A stretch of DNA of 64,000 bases, from assembly GCA_963620305.1 (NCBI GenBank), contig CAVFAD010000002.1, forward strand, positions 2,086 to 66,085. The letters run 5' to 3'. Position 1 is the first letter of the stretch, and the number at the start of each line of letters is the position of its first letter. Source of the DNA: Bacteroidaceae bacterium. Lineage in GTDB: Bacteria; Bacillota; Clostridia; Oscillospirales; Acutalibacteraceae. Under the pieces are notes generated by a model that saw only the letters and a program-made list of their open reading frames with translations, searched no databases and had not been told where the DNA came from. The translations under genes and the position numbers were made by a program. Shown piece after piece: positions 34,146-43,469 of this stretch.

Positions 34146-37100
34146 ATGAAAAACAAAAACTCCGTTTTCAAAAAGGCATTGTCGGTTTTGTTGACCGCGC
34201 TGCTTGTTTTCGGCACGGTGTCGCTCGGCATCGTCTTCCCCGAAACAAAAATAACGGCGAAGGCACTTGAAAGCTTCGGCGATGTAGCATTGTATGTGCC
34301 TGAAGCTGTCTATTTGTATCCAAACGTTTCTTCTTGGACGGCAACAACATCGTCTAACTTTCAGTATTTCATTGAAAACAGTGTTGACACGGAGGATTTT
34401 TCAAACACCCCGACTCCCTCTGCCGAAACGAGCACGACGAGTACGATTTATTTTAATTATTCAAAAACAACCGGAACGCCTACGCTTTCATACAAGTGGA
34501 TAAAAGCCGACGGCTCAACGGAAATGAATGATTCTAAGGGAAAAATCAATTTCGGCGGGAGTGCTCATGCCTACGGCGTTGCAGTCAACATGTCAAAAAC
34601 AGGTGGTTATTACACGGCGGCACTTGACAGAACTTCGTCGGTTTCTCCCGATATTGCGGCAGCGGACACCGGTTGTTACATCGAGTGGACTGTTACCTTT
34701 GATGATTCGGTGGACGGAGAGACGAAGACAGCAGTAGCTTATACCTATGTATACAAACCGTATGTTCTTCCCGTCGGAGCGGCAGGTAAGGTAAGATGTA
34801 CGGATTGGGATGACCACGATAATTCACAGATAACATGGATAACCGGTGTGCATTGTGTTGATGCACTTCCGGAGTACAAATCGCATTACCCGAACTATAT
34901 CACAACATCTGAAGCTCCCGGAACAAACGGACTTGCGGTGTTCCTCTCTCGGGAGGATATTTCAGGTACCGGCTTTTTCGGCAGATCATCTTCCGGAAAT
35001 AATGAAGACAGAATGTACTTCCCGTTTTACAATTCCGATTCCTCAAAGTCATACGCTCATGTCAACGGTTACGGCAAAGCTGATCCCGATGTTTGGATGA
35101 AAAGCGGTTTATCTTCCAAAACATTTGATGTAGCGTCTTTCATATACCGAACATGGGATAAAGGCAATGATATAACCATGACCGTCAAAGAAGGCGGTGT
35201 CGGCGGAATATATATCGACACGAGTCGGTATGCAAATCTAAACCAAATACCGAACCTCGGTGTCGGTATGATGATGACGGATAACGAAGACACTAAAGCA
35301 TCTGATGACGGCGCATGGAAAATAGGTGACTACACAAATTATGCAAATGCGAAGTTCGACGGAGACAACAGTCAAAAAAACGGCGACTACATGCGCGGCA
35401 CATGGAAGGAATTTAATTATACGATTGCCGGAGAAGGAGACCCCGACAACCGAAACGGTTCTTACGATACATGCGTACTAAAGTATGCAGGAGCATGGTA
35501 TCGCGAGATTCTGTCGGGTTCTTCGGTAACCTACAAAATCAAAGCAAGCCAGATGAACAATCAGAAAAACGACTGGATAACCGTTTCTTGTATTGTTTCT
35601 CTTAATGCTACTCAGACGGACAAAAGCGATCTTCGTGACGCGGTTCATAAGGCAAGTGCGGCTTTTGCAAAGCTTGCAATGCGCAGCGGCTATAATTCAA
35701 TATACTACTATAATGACACAGCGTACCAAAATTTTGTAGCTAAGTATAAACAGGCATATATGGAGCTTACAAAGGTTGACGGCGGTGTTACAGAAGGACT
35801 TGCAGCAGATTTGCTTGCGTCTCTGGAAAAACTTAACATAAAGGTAACTCTTCACGGAAACGGCGCAACACTTACACCCAACTATAAAATAGTTACGGTC
35901 GGACTTAACGATTTGGTAAGTGTTAAGGTTTCCGAGTTCGGCACTCCGACGCGCAAGGGTTACACCTTTAAGGGTTGGACGCTCACCGAAAACAGCGGCG
36001 ACGCAACCGACGGGAAAACGGACGGAGAGCTTGAAGTAGGTCCCCGTCAGAAGGACGTTTACGCGACATGGGAGCTGAATGACTACACCGTGACGTTCAG
36101 GGCAATGCCCTACGGCAAATTCGGCGAATCAACAGAGGACGTTGTAATTCACTACAACGTTGAGAATACATTCACCGTGCCCGAAAATTACACACGCGAC
36201 TACTACATTTTCAACAATACATGGAACATAGTTTCAACCGACAGTGCCGATTGGAGCATGGGAGTAAGTCTTGCTCCCGGCTATACGTCCCCTGCGCGCA
36301 GTATAGGCAACCTTGTGCTTGAGCCGAACGTTACCCCGATTCAGTACACTGTAACATACAATTCCGACGGCGGCAGCAACATTGAGGACACGAGCGTCAT
36401 GGCGTACAACATTGAGAGTACGCACTCTCTCCCCGTGTCTACACGTCAGGGTTACAAGCTCGTCGGCTGGCAGGTTGTCACGACAGACGATGAAAAGTGG
36501 AGCAAGGACACAACATACGCCGCAGGCTACAAGTTCACCGGCATGCACGGCAACGTTTCTCTTAAAGCGGTATGGGAGACTATGACTTCAACCGTGACGC
36601 TGAACATCGGCGCGGATGAATCCATCTCCGGCAACACCGTGCTTACATACGCGTATTCGAGTTCTCTCGCGCTTAACACTCCCTCCAAAAAGGGTTACAC
36701 CTTTAAGGGTTGGCGCGTAAGTGCCAAGGGCGACGGCGAAAACACATGGAACATCGGTGACGAGTATCTTCTCGCTGCCGGTGAAACGGGCGTTACTCTG
36801 CCCGGCGGCAAGCTCGGTGACGTTACGCTCACGCCGATTTGGGAAATAAACACCTATACCGTCAATTTCAACTCCGACGGCGGCACGGCATATGACGCAA
36901 AAACTTTCACGGTGACGGACAGTATTACACTTCCCTCACCCGAAAAGAACGGCTACACTTTTGCGGGTTGGAGCGTTCCGATTCACGACACCGAGTACAA
37001 CTGGACGGATACCGTCTACAACGGCAATCAGACTCTCACGGGCATGTACGGTTCGGTCACGCTGAAAGCCAACTGGACAAAGACACCCTACACCGTGACG

Positions 37101-40100
37101 TTTGACGCGAACGGCGGCACGGTAACCGTCGCATCACTCCCCTACGACATCGAGAGCGGCACTCCGAACCTGCCCACTCCCTCCAAAACGGGATATGAAT
37201 TTGACCGCTGGGTCGTGGATTCAGCCGACGCGCAGTCCTCGTGGACGAAAGGCGCGGAGTATACCGATGCACTTCCTGCGGGCAATTACGGCAGTATGAC
37301 GCTTAAAGCTCAGTGGAAACCCGTTGAATACACCGTAAACTTCTCCGACGGCACTACAAAAACCTACACGATAGAAGAAACGTTTACGCTCCCCGAATCC
37401 GTAAAGGACGGCTATGAATTCGTCAAATGGACGCTTACTTCCACCAACGGCAACTGGGGCGAAACCGGCAAGGAATATGCCGCCGGCGAGGAGCTTTCCG
37501 GCATGTGGGGCGCGGCTGTGCTTCAAGCCGAGTACACCCCGTGCAGCTACACCGTGACATATCTTGACACGGACGGCAGCCAAATCGCGGCGCAGACATT
37601 CAAGACGGGCGACGAAATAACGCTCAGAGACTACTCGAAGGACGGTTATATCTTCCGCGGCTGGACGGTGCAAAGCTCCGCAGGCAACTGGGGCGGCGAG
37701 GGCAGCGTTATCACCGACAAAACCGTTGCGGCGAAGTACGGCGATGTTACGCTTGAGCCGAAGCTCGAAGCGATAGAATACACCGTGACATTCCTGCCCG
37801 ACGGCGGCGATGCAGTTCCCGCGATTACCTACACGGCGGAAGATACAATTACCATGCCCTCAACCGCGAAGTACGGCTATGACCTCGCGGGTTGGACGGT
37901 TGAAACTCCCGTCGGCAGCTGGACGGACGGCGAAATTTTCGCGGCGGCAGAGGAAGTCACGGGCAAATGGGGCAACGTTACGCTCAAGGCGAAATGGACA
38001 CCCAAGAAATACAACATTACATTTATAACAGGCATGGGCGAACAAGTTGTTCAGTCGGAATACGGTCAGGCGACGCCTACCCTGCCCGACGATTATTCGA
38101 AACCTGCCGACGCGCAGTATACCTATACGTTTGACCACTGGGAACCCGCTCTCACGAAAGTTACGGCAGATGCGACATACACCGCCGTCTACAAGGAAGA
38201 GCTTAATTCCTACACTGTGACGTGGCGCGTGCTCAAAACCGAGGGCGGCACGGACTGGGAAGAAACGACGGCAACGTGGAAGTACGGCGAAGAACCCAAA
38301 TTTGACGGCGTTCCGACGCAGAATGCAAGCAGTGCCGACCACAGAATGCGTTTTGTAAGGTGGAATCCCGATGTGACCGCCGTCACAGGAAACGCAACAT
38401 ACACGGCGGAATTTGAAAGTGTTGAAAATCCGCAGACGGTCGAATGGTACAACGGTTCAACGCTTCTTGCGTCCACGGAATGGGCAAAGGGCGAAACTCC
38501 GTCGTACAGCGGCGCAGTTCCCGCGAGAGCGGACGAGGGCGGCTATAAGTTCGTGTTCGTCGGCTGGGCAGCGACCGACGGCGGCGAAAAGCTCGACGCG
38601 ATACCGACGGTAGAAACCGTTTCAACCGAACCCGTAAAATACTATGCGGTGTTCGACAAACAGCCGCAGTCATACACTCTCACGCTTGACACCGACGGCG
38701 GAACGATTTCCGGCGGCAGCACGGTAAGCTACACCTACGGCGGCGAAAATACAAAAATAACACTCCCCTCTCCCGTTAAAGACGGCTATGTCTTCAAAGG
38801 CTGGCTCGTTGCATCGACGGACGGCGACGGCACATTGACGGTCGGCAGCGTTTACAACGCAGGTGAAAACACTGCGGATGTTTACGGCAGCGCATCGCTC
38901 AAGGCGCAGTGGGAGACAGTCACCTACACGCTTACATTCGACGGCGAGGGCGTGCCGGTCGAACCCATGAATTATACGATAGAATCGACGGATACTCTCC
39001 CGACAGCCGAAAAAGAAGGCTGCGAACATATCGGCTGGCTCGTTTTCGAAGCGGACGGCAGCTGGACGCTCGGAGCAAGCATTTCGACGGATTTTGTCCT
39101 CACGGGCACCTACGGCAACGCGACGCTCACACCTGTTTACACGGCGAAGACCTACACAATAAAGTGGGTAAGCGGCGAATATGTTCAGACTTCCGAAGTT
39201 CAGTTCGGTTCGGTGATATTCGCGTTTGAGCCTGTTTCGAAGCAGGGTTACACCGCCGAGTGGGATGCGGAAATTCCCGCGACGATGCCTGCAACTGACC
39301 TTACTTTCACGGCGGTTTACAAGCCGATTGAATACTACCTGCGTCTTGAGCTTAACGGCGGCACGGGCGCGGAGAGCTTCTACTACACCTTTGACGGCGA
39401 CGATGTCCTGCCGACACCCGCACGCGACGGCGCAACGTTCGACGGCTGGCGCGTCGTGTCCTCAAACGGCAACTGGACGGTCGGCACGGTTCTTGCGGGC
39501 GGTACGGCTCTTACGGGCAGGTACGGCAGCACGACTCTTTCGGCGCAGTGGCAGTTTGAAATCCACACGGTAACGTGGGTCGCGGGCGACGAAACACGCG
39601 TCACGCGCTGGTACCACGGCATGACTCCGTCCTTCGACGGCACGCCGTACAAGTCGACCGACGAAAACTATTCTTACGTGTTCACCGGTTGGGATAAGGA
39701 AATTCTCCCCGTCACGGCTGATGTTACATATACCGCACAATTTGAAAAAACGGAACGTGTTTATACGGTAAAATGGGTTGTCGACGGCGTTACGACGGAG
39801 CAGAAATACTCCTACGGCGACACTCCCGTTTACGGCGGCGAAACTCCGTCGCGTCCGTCAACGTCCGAGTATGACTTCACGTTTGACGGCTGGTCGCCCG
39901 AAGTCACTGAGGTAACAGCCGACGCGACGTATGTGGCGCAGTTCAGAGTTTTCGTAAAACTTCAGGGACTGTCGCTCAATAAGAGCGCGATGTTCCTCGA
40001 TATAGGTGCGGGCGAGAGCCTTACGGCGAATATTTATCCTGCGGCGGCATCCAGCAAAGATGTAATCTGGACTTCGTCCGACACGTCTAAAGCGACGGTG

Positions 40101-40835
40101 GACGCTTACGGTAAGGTTACGGCGGTAGATGCGGGCATGGCGATAATTTCCGCGTCGTCGGGCGACGGCAGCTTTAAGTCATACTGCGTCGTTACCGTTT
40201 CGCCGAAGCTGACGACCTACATTGAAATTACCGCAAAGGGCGTTTCGACAACGAATCAGAAGGGAACGTCAGTTCAGCTTTACGCCACGGTTAAACCCGA
40301 CGACGCAACGGACAGGACGTTTACGTGGTCGTCAGACAAGCCCGGCATCGCGTCGGTTGACGAATTCGGCATGGTTCGCTTTAACTCAAAGGGCACTGCG
40401 ACCATAAGCGTCGTTACGACAGACGGCTATGCGCGGGGCAGCATTGAAGTGACCGTAACGGAGGACGCGACCGAGGACGAAACGCAGAAGACATACACGG
40501 TTCGTTTCCTGAACCTCATGTGCACAATGTATCTTATTGACGACAACGGCAACTCGCACACTTTCGGCAGCAACGAAGTTGTGGTAGTGCCCGAGGGCGC
40601 AAGCGTCCGTATCCGTCCGTCGCGTTCGTGCTATGTCATTGCGAACGGCGAACAGCTCGCGCAGCAGGACGAGTACGTTATCGAAAACATTCAAAAGAAC
40701 TACATTATTTCCAATTCCAAGGTGGAGATAATAACTCCCGACGACAGTGACAGCGCACCGTCGTTCATGAAAAAGCTGCAGGAGTTCTTCAGAAAGATCG
40801 TCGAATTCTTCAGAAAGCTTTTCGGTGCAAAATAA
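34146..40835 (+). CDS. Giant secreted cell-surface protein: unknown ~570-aa head, ~18 Listeria-Bacteroides (Flg_new) repeats, 2 Big_2 domains, C-terminal amphipathic helix
   Basis: GGGAGAG RBS and signal peptide. Recurrent motif YTVTF..DGG...TLP.P.K.GY.F.GW...W..G...G..G.VTL.A.W. Big_2 segments at about 39.96-40.44 kb. No LPXTG, SLH or dockerin. Confidence 0.9.
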   Translation: MKNKNSVFKKALSVLLTALLVFGTVSLGIVFPETKITAKALESFGDVALYVPEAVYLYPNVSSWTATTSSNFQYFIENSVDTEDFSNTPTPSAETSTTSTIYFNYSKTTGTPTLSYKWIKADGSTEMNDSKGKINFGGSAHAYGVAVNMSKTGGYYTAALDRTSSVSPDIAAADTGCYIEWTVTFDDSVDGETKTAVAYTYVYKPYVLPVGAAGKVRCTDWDDHDNSQITWITGVHCVDALPEYKSHYPNYITTSEAPGTNGLAVFLSREDISGTGFFGRSSSGNNEDRMYFPFYNSDSSKSYAHVNGYGKADPDVWMKSGLSSKTFDVASFIYRTWDKGNDITMTVKEGGVGGIYIDTSRYANLNQIPNLGVGMMMTDNEDTKASDDGAWKIGDYTNYANAKFDGDNSQKNGDYMRGTWKEFNYTIAGEGDPDNRNGSYDTCVLKYAGAWYREILSGSSVTYKIKASQMNNQKNDWITVSCIVSLNATQTDKSDLRDAVHKASAAFAKLAMRSGYNSIYYYNDTAYQNFVAKYKQAYMELTKVDGGVTEGLAADLLASLEKLNIKVTLHGNGATLTPNYKIVTVGLNDLVSVKVSEFGTPTRKGYTFKGWTLTENSGDATDGKTDGELEVGPRQKDVYATWELNDYTVTFRAMPYGKFGESTEDVVIHYNVENTFTVPENYTRDYYIFNNTWNIVSTDSADWSMGVSLAPGYTSPARSIGNLVLEPNVTPIQYTVTYNSDGGSNIEDTSVMAYNIESTHSLPVSTRQGYKLVGWQVVTTDDEKWSKDTTYAAGYKFTGMHGNVSLKAVWETMTSTVTLNIGADESISGNTVLTYAYSSSLALNTPSKKGYTFKGWRVSAKGDGENTWNIGDEYLLAAGETGVTLPGGKLGDVTLTPIWEINTYTVNFNSDGGTAYDAKTFTVTDSITLPSPEKNGYTFAGWSVPIHDTEYNWTDTVYNGNQTLTGMYGSVTLKANWTKTPYTVTFDANGGTVTVASLPYDIESGTPNLPTPSKTGYEFDRWVVDSADAQSSWTKGAEYTDALPAGNYGSMTLKAQWKPVEYTVNFSDGTTKTYTIEETFTLPESVKDGYEFVKWTLTSTNGNWGETGKEYAAGEELSGMWGAAVLQAEYTPCSYTVTYLDTDGSQIAAQTFKTGDEITLRDYSKDGYIFRGWTVQSSAGNWGGEGSVITDKTVAAKYGDVTLEPKLEAIEYTVTFLPDGGDAVPAITYTAEDTITMPSTAKYGYDLAGWTVETPVGSWTDGEIFAAAEEVTGKWGNVTLKAKWTPKKYNITFITGMGEQVVQSEYGQATPTLPDDYSKPADAQYTYTFDHWEPALTKVTADATYTAVYKEELNSYTVTWRVLKTEGGTDWEETTATWKYGEEPKFDGVPTQNASSADHRMRFVRWNPDVTAVTGNATYTAEFESVENPQTVEWYNGSTLLASTEWAKGETPSYSGAVPARADEGGYKFVFVGWAATDGGEKLDAIPTVETVSTEPVKYYAVFDKQPQSYTLTLDTDGGTISGGSTVSYTYGGENTKITLPSPVKDGYVFKGWLVASTDGDGTLTVGSVYNAGENTADVYGSASLKAQWETVTYTLTFDGEGVPVEPMNYTIESTDTLPTAEKEGCEHIGWLVFEADGSWTLGASISTDFVLTGTYGNATLTPVYTAKTYTIKWVSGEYVQTSEVQFGSVIFAFEPVSKQGYTAEWDAEIPATMPATDLTFTAVYKPIEYYLRLELNGGTGAESFYYTFDGDDVLPTPARDGATFDGWRVVSSNGNWTVGTVLAGGTALTGRYGSTTLSAQWQFEIHTVTWVAGDETRVTRWYHGMTPSFDGTPYKSTDENYSYVFTGWDKEILPVTADVTYTAQFEKTERVYTVKWVVDGVTTEQKYSYGDTPVYGGETPSRPSTSEYDFTFDGWSPEVTEVTADATYVAQFRVFVKLQGLSLNKSAMFLDIGAGESLTANIYPAAASSKDVIWTSSDTSKATVDAYGKVTAVDAGMAIISASSGDGSFKSYCVVTVSPKLTTYIEITAKGVSTTNQKGTSVQLYATVKPDDATDRTFTWSSDKPGIASVDEFGMVRFNSKGTATISVVTTDGYARGSIEVTVTEDATEDETQKTYTVRFLNLMCTMYLIDDNGNSHTFGSNEVVVVPEGASVRIRPSRSCYVIANGEQLAQQDEYVIENIQKNYIISNSKVEIITPDDSDSAPSFMKKLQEFFRKIVEFFRKLFGAK
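35837..39948 (+). repeat. Array of diverged ~70-75-codon coding repeats inside the giant gene
   Basis: About 18 units by my count of the GY.F.GW core. They are diverged at the DNA level. Confidence 0.8.
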
Positions 40836-40896
40836 TCCGAACAAAAGCATCGGAGCCGTGCCGATTAAACGGTAACGACCGATAAAAAGCAAATTG

Positions 40897-40925
40897 CCCG
40901 CCGTATTATTTCGGCGGGTTTTTTG
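40897..40925 (+). terminator. Rho-independent terminator after the giant gene
   Basis: cccgccg / cggcggg stem, 9-nt loop, TTTTTT. Confidence 0.8.
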
Positions 40926-41028
40926 CATACGCGAAAAAAGACCGCGCCGACGGCTGAAAACGGTCGGATTCAACGCATTTTCGCGTGTTTTCGGGCGTTT
41001 TTTTGTACGGTTTTAAAGCTATTTGCAA

Positions 41029-41057
41029 TTGACATTTTTCTGCGGTTTAAGTAAAAT
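41029..41057 (+). promoter_or_regulatory. Sigma-A-type promoter for the paralog pair
   Basis: TTGACA, 17-nt spacer, TAAAAT. Gives a 5' UTR of about 165 nt. Confidence 0.55.
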
Positions 41058-41226
41058 TAAGGGTAGTGTCATATCGAGTCTTTTTTCGGTTTTTTTCGGA
41101 AAGTAAGCTGACTGCGGTGCGCCTTACGACCGCTGCGGCGCGGGGAGAATACGTCTTTTGCCTGTCGCGGTGTGCCGTTTTTCGCGGTGCATGCGGCAGA
41201 AATATATACGAAAGGGATGTGCAGAA

Positions 41227-43464
41227 ATGAAACATTCTGTTAAAACAATCATTGCGCTGCTTCTCACCCTGGCTTGCATCGTGCAGCCGTGCAGCGCACT
41301 TGCGGCATCTTCAAAAAAGACATACGTCAAGGAATTTATGCTGAGCTACGGCAATACCGCCGACGAAGCCAAAAAGTGGCTCAAGGACAACGGCTACGAG
41401 GTGCTCGACTACGACCTCAATGAGGGCGCGGACGATACCTTCTCCAAAAAACGCGCCGTTTACCTCGGCTACAAAACGACGACCGACGCCGCAGACGCCG
41501 TTACCGACATGCGTCTTATGAACATGAAGGGCGGCTACAGCGTTCAGGATTATCAGATTATGCTCGACGAGCAAAAGGCGAATATCGAGCTGTTCATCGG
41601 GGATTTTGTTGTTGCGGTGAACGAGTACAGAGCGAATTACGCAAAGGGTCAGGAGCGCGCGAAGGCGGCTCACGACATGCTCAACTACCTGTATGACGAC
41701 GATACGCAGGCGCAGATGGGCGACCTGCTTCTCAATAAGATTAAGGAAGAATATACAGAGGAGGAATATAACGCGCTCGACGGGGACGTTAAGGCAAAGA
41801 CCGCCGACATGACGACGATTCTCATGCAGGGCAACGCCGACGCGGTGCTTGCGATAGAGCAGACGATAGCGACGGCTTCGGACAGCAGCGACACTCTCTG
41901 GACGGAGAGATATGCAGAGGCTTCGACTTATGACGAGATGCTCGACGAGCTTATGGAAGCCGAAAATATGACGGTAAACGAAGCCGAAAAGTTTCTTGCA
42001 GCCGAGTACGACGAGGACGCAAGGGCGATAGCGTCCAAAATCGACGGATACATTGAATATCTTGAAAACTATACAAAAGAGGACATAACGCTCCTGTCGT
42101 CGGCGGAGGAAATAAAAGCGTACGAAGCGGAGCACACCGACTTTTCGTACACGGACTGGTTTACGGCGGGAACGCAGTACGAGCTGCTTAAGGTGCTTAT
42201 GAACGACGACGTATCGCTGCTTGAGCTGATGACGGGCGAGGATTTTGACGTTCTGGGCGATGACCGCTGCATGCTTTATCCGCTTGTCGCGTCGCTTACA
42301 AAGGGTCAGAGAGCCTGTCTTGACTTTATGACGCTTTACGGAATCGTTGCACTCGGCATAAACGGCGACGAGGCAACGGCGGAGACAATGACCGATTTTA
42401 AGCTGAAGCCGACCGACGAAAAGGGCGTTTCCGTTTACGACGGTGTCGACCGTACTCTTTTCGGCGGCGAAGTCGCGCTTACGAATGACGCAATAAGGCT
42501 CCGCGCTTCGACCGGCAAAGAGGCTGTACGAAGCAGGGAAAGCTACATTTCCGCGACCTCGTACGTTCTTTACGGCGTCTTCTGCCTTTCGGCAATATGT
42601 GCCGTTGCCGCGTGGAAGCACAGCGCGTCGCTTGCCGCCTTCGCTGCGGAAGTAAAGAAAAACGTAGCACAGATTGAGTCGGAGGCAGCCGAAGCATATG
42701 CAATGTACGAGAGGCTGGGTACCGAGCAGGAGTGGGCGCCGTACAAAACAAAGTACGACGACCTGATGTCGAAATCCGAAACTGCGCGGACGGGTCTCGG
42801 CAAGACAAACACAATGACGAAATATTTCCGCTATGCGGGCATCGCGCTGACATGCATTTCGATAATAATCATGGGTATTTCGCTCTGGAACACCTACAAT
42901 GACCTTAAGGAATATTATAAGTCCGATTTCACACCCATTCCGATGCACATGGTGGATGAGGGTGTCGATGAAAATGACGAGAAGGTCTATACGTACTATA
43001 CGGCGGTCGCCTGCAACCGTAAGGACGCGGGTATGGTGACATCCGAAACCGAAATTCTCGAGGATTACGGCGACCTCAACGGCGATGTCGGCAGACAGTG
43101 GGTCGCGCTCTATACCACAAAGGACAAGGCTGCGGGTTATCCCGTTCAGACAAATATGCTCGTGCGCTACGAGGACTCAAAGCTCCCCGACGAGGATTCG
43201 ACCGCGCTTTCGATGTTCGGCGAAAAATCCGCGCAGAACCTCACTAACGAAACGGCGGGTTATACGTACAACGACGGAAAGAGCGGAATTTACATGTTCT
43301 TCAGCGTCGATACGGCAGCCTTCGCCGGCAGCGTATTCTCCGGCAGCAGGTACGTCCTTATGGGCGGCGCGGCAGCCGTTTTGCTTGCAGCCGCCTTCGC
43401 TGCGGGCATGTATACGGAGAAAAAGGGCAAAAAAAAGACAAAAAATAATGTTCAAGAGGTCTAA
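41227..43464 (+). CDS. Three-TM surface protein, unknown family, paralog A
   Basis: Signal peptide (ALAASS), ectodomain of about 440 aa, TM, helical loop of about 65 aa, TM, second ectodomain of about 165 aa, TM, Lys-rich tail. Start chosen at MKHSVKT with AAAGGGA upstream. Confidence 0.85.
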   Translation: MKHSVKTIIALLLTLACIVQPCSALAASSKKTYVKEFMLSYGNTADEAKKWLKDNGYEVLDYDLNEGADDTFSKKRAVYLGYKTTTDAADAVTDMRLMNMKGGYSVQDYQIMLDEQKANIELFIGDFVVAVNEYRANYAKGQERAKAAHDMLNYLYDDDTQAQMGDLLLNKIKEEYTEEEYNALDGDVKAKTADMTTILMQGNADAVLAIEQTIATASDSSDTLWTERYAEASTYDEMLDELMEAENMTVNEAEKFLAAEYDEDARAIASKIDGYIEYLENYTKEDITLLSSAEEIKAYEAEHTDFSYTDWFTAGTQYELLKVLMNDDVSLLELMTGEDFDVLGDDRCMLYPLVASLTKGQRACLDFMTLYGIVALGINGDEATAETMTDFKLKPTDEKGVSVYDGVDRTLFGGEVALTNDAIRLRASTGKEAVRSRESYISATSYVLYGVFCLSAICAVAAWKHSASLAAFAAEVKKNVAQIESEAAEAYAMYERLGTEQEWAPYKTKYDDLMSKSETARTGLGKTNTMTKYFRYAGIALTCISIIIMGISLWNTYNDLKEYYKSDFTPIPMHMVDEGVDENDEKVYTYYTAVACNRKDAGMVTSETEILEDYGDLNGDVGRQWVALYTTKDKAAGYPVQTNMLVRYEDSKLPDEDSTALSMFGEKSAQNLTNETAGYTYNDGKSGIYMFFSVDTAAFAGSVFSGSRYVLMGGAAAVLLAAAFAAGMYTEKKGKKKTKNNVQEV

Positions 43465-43469
43465 AAAGT

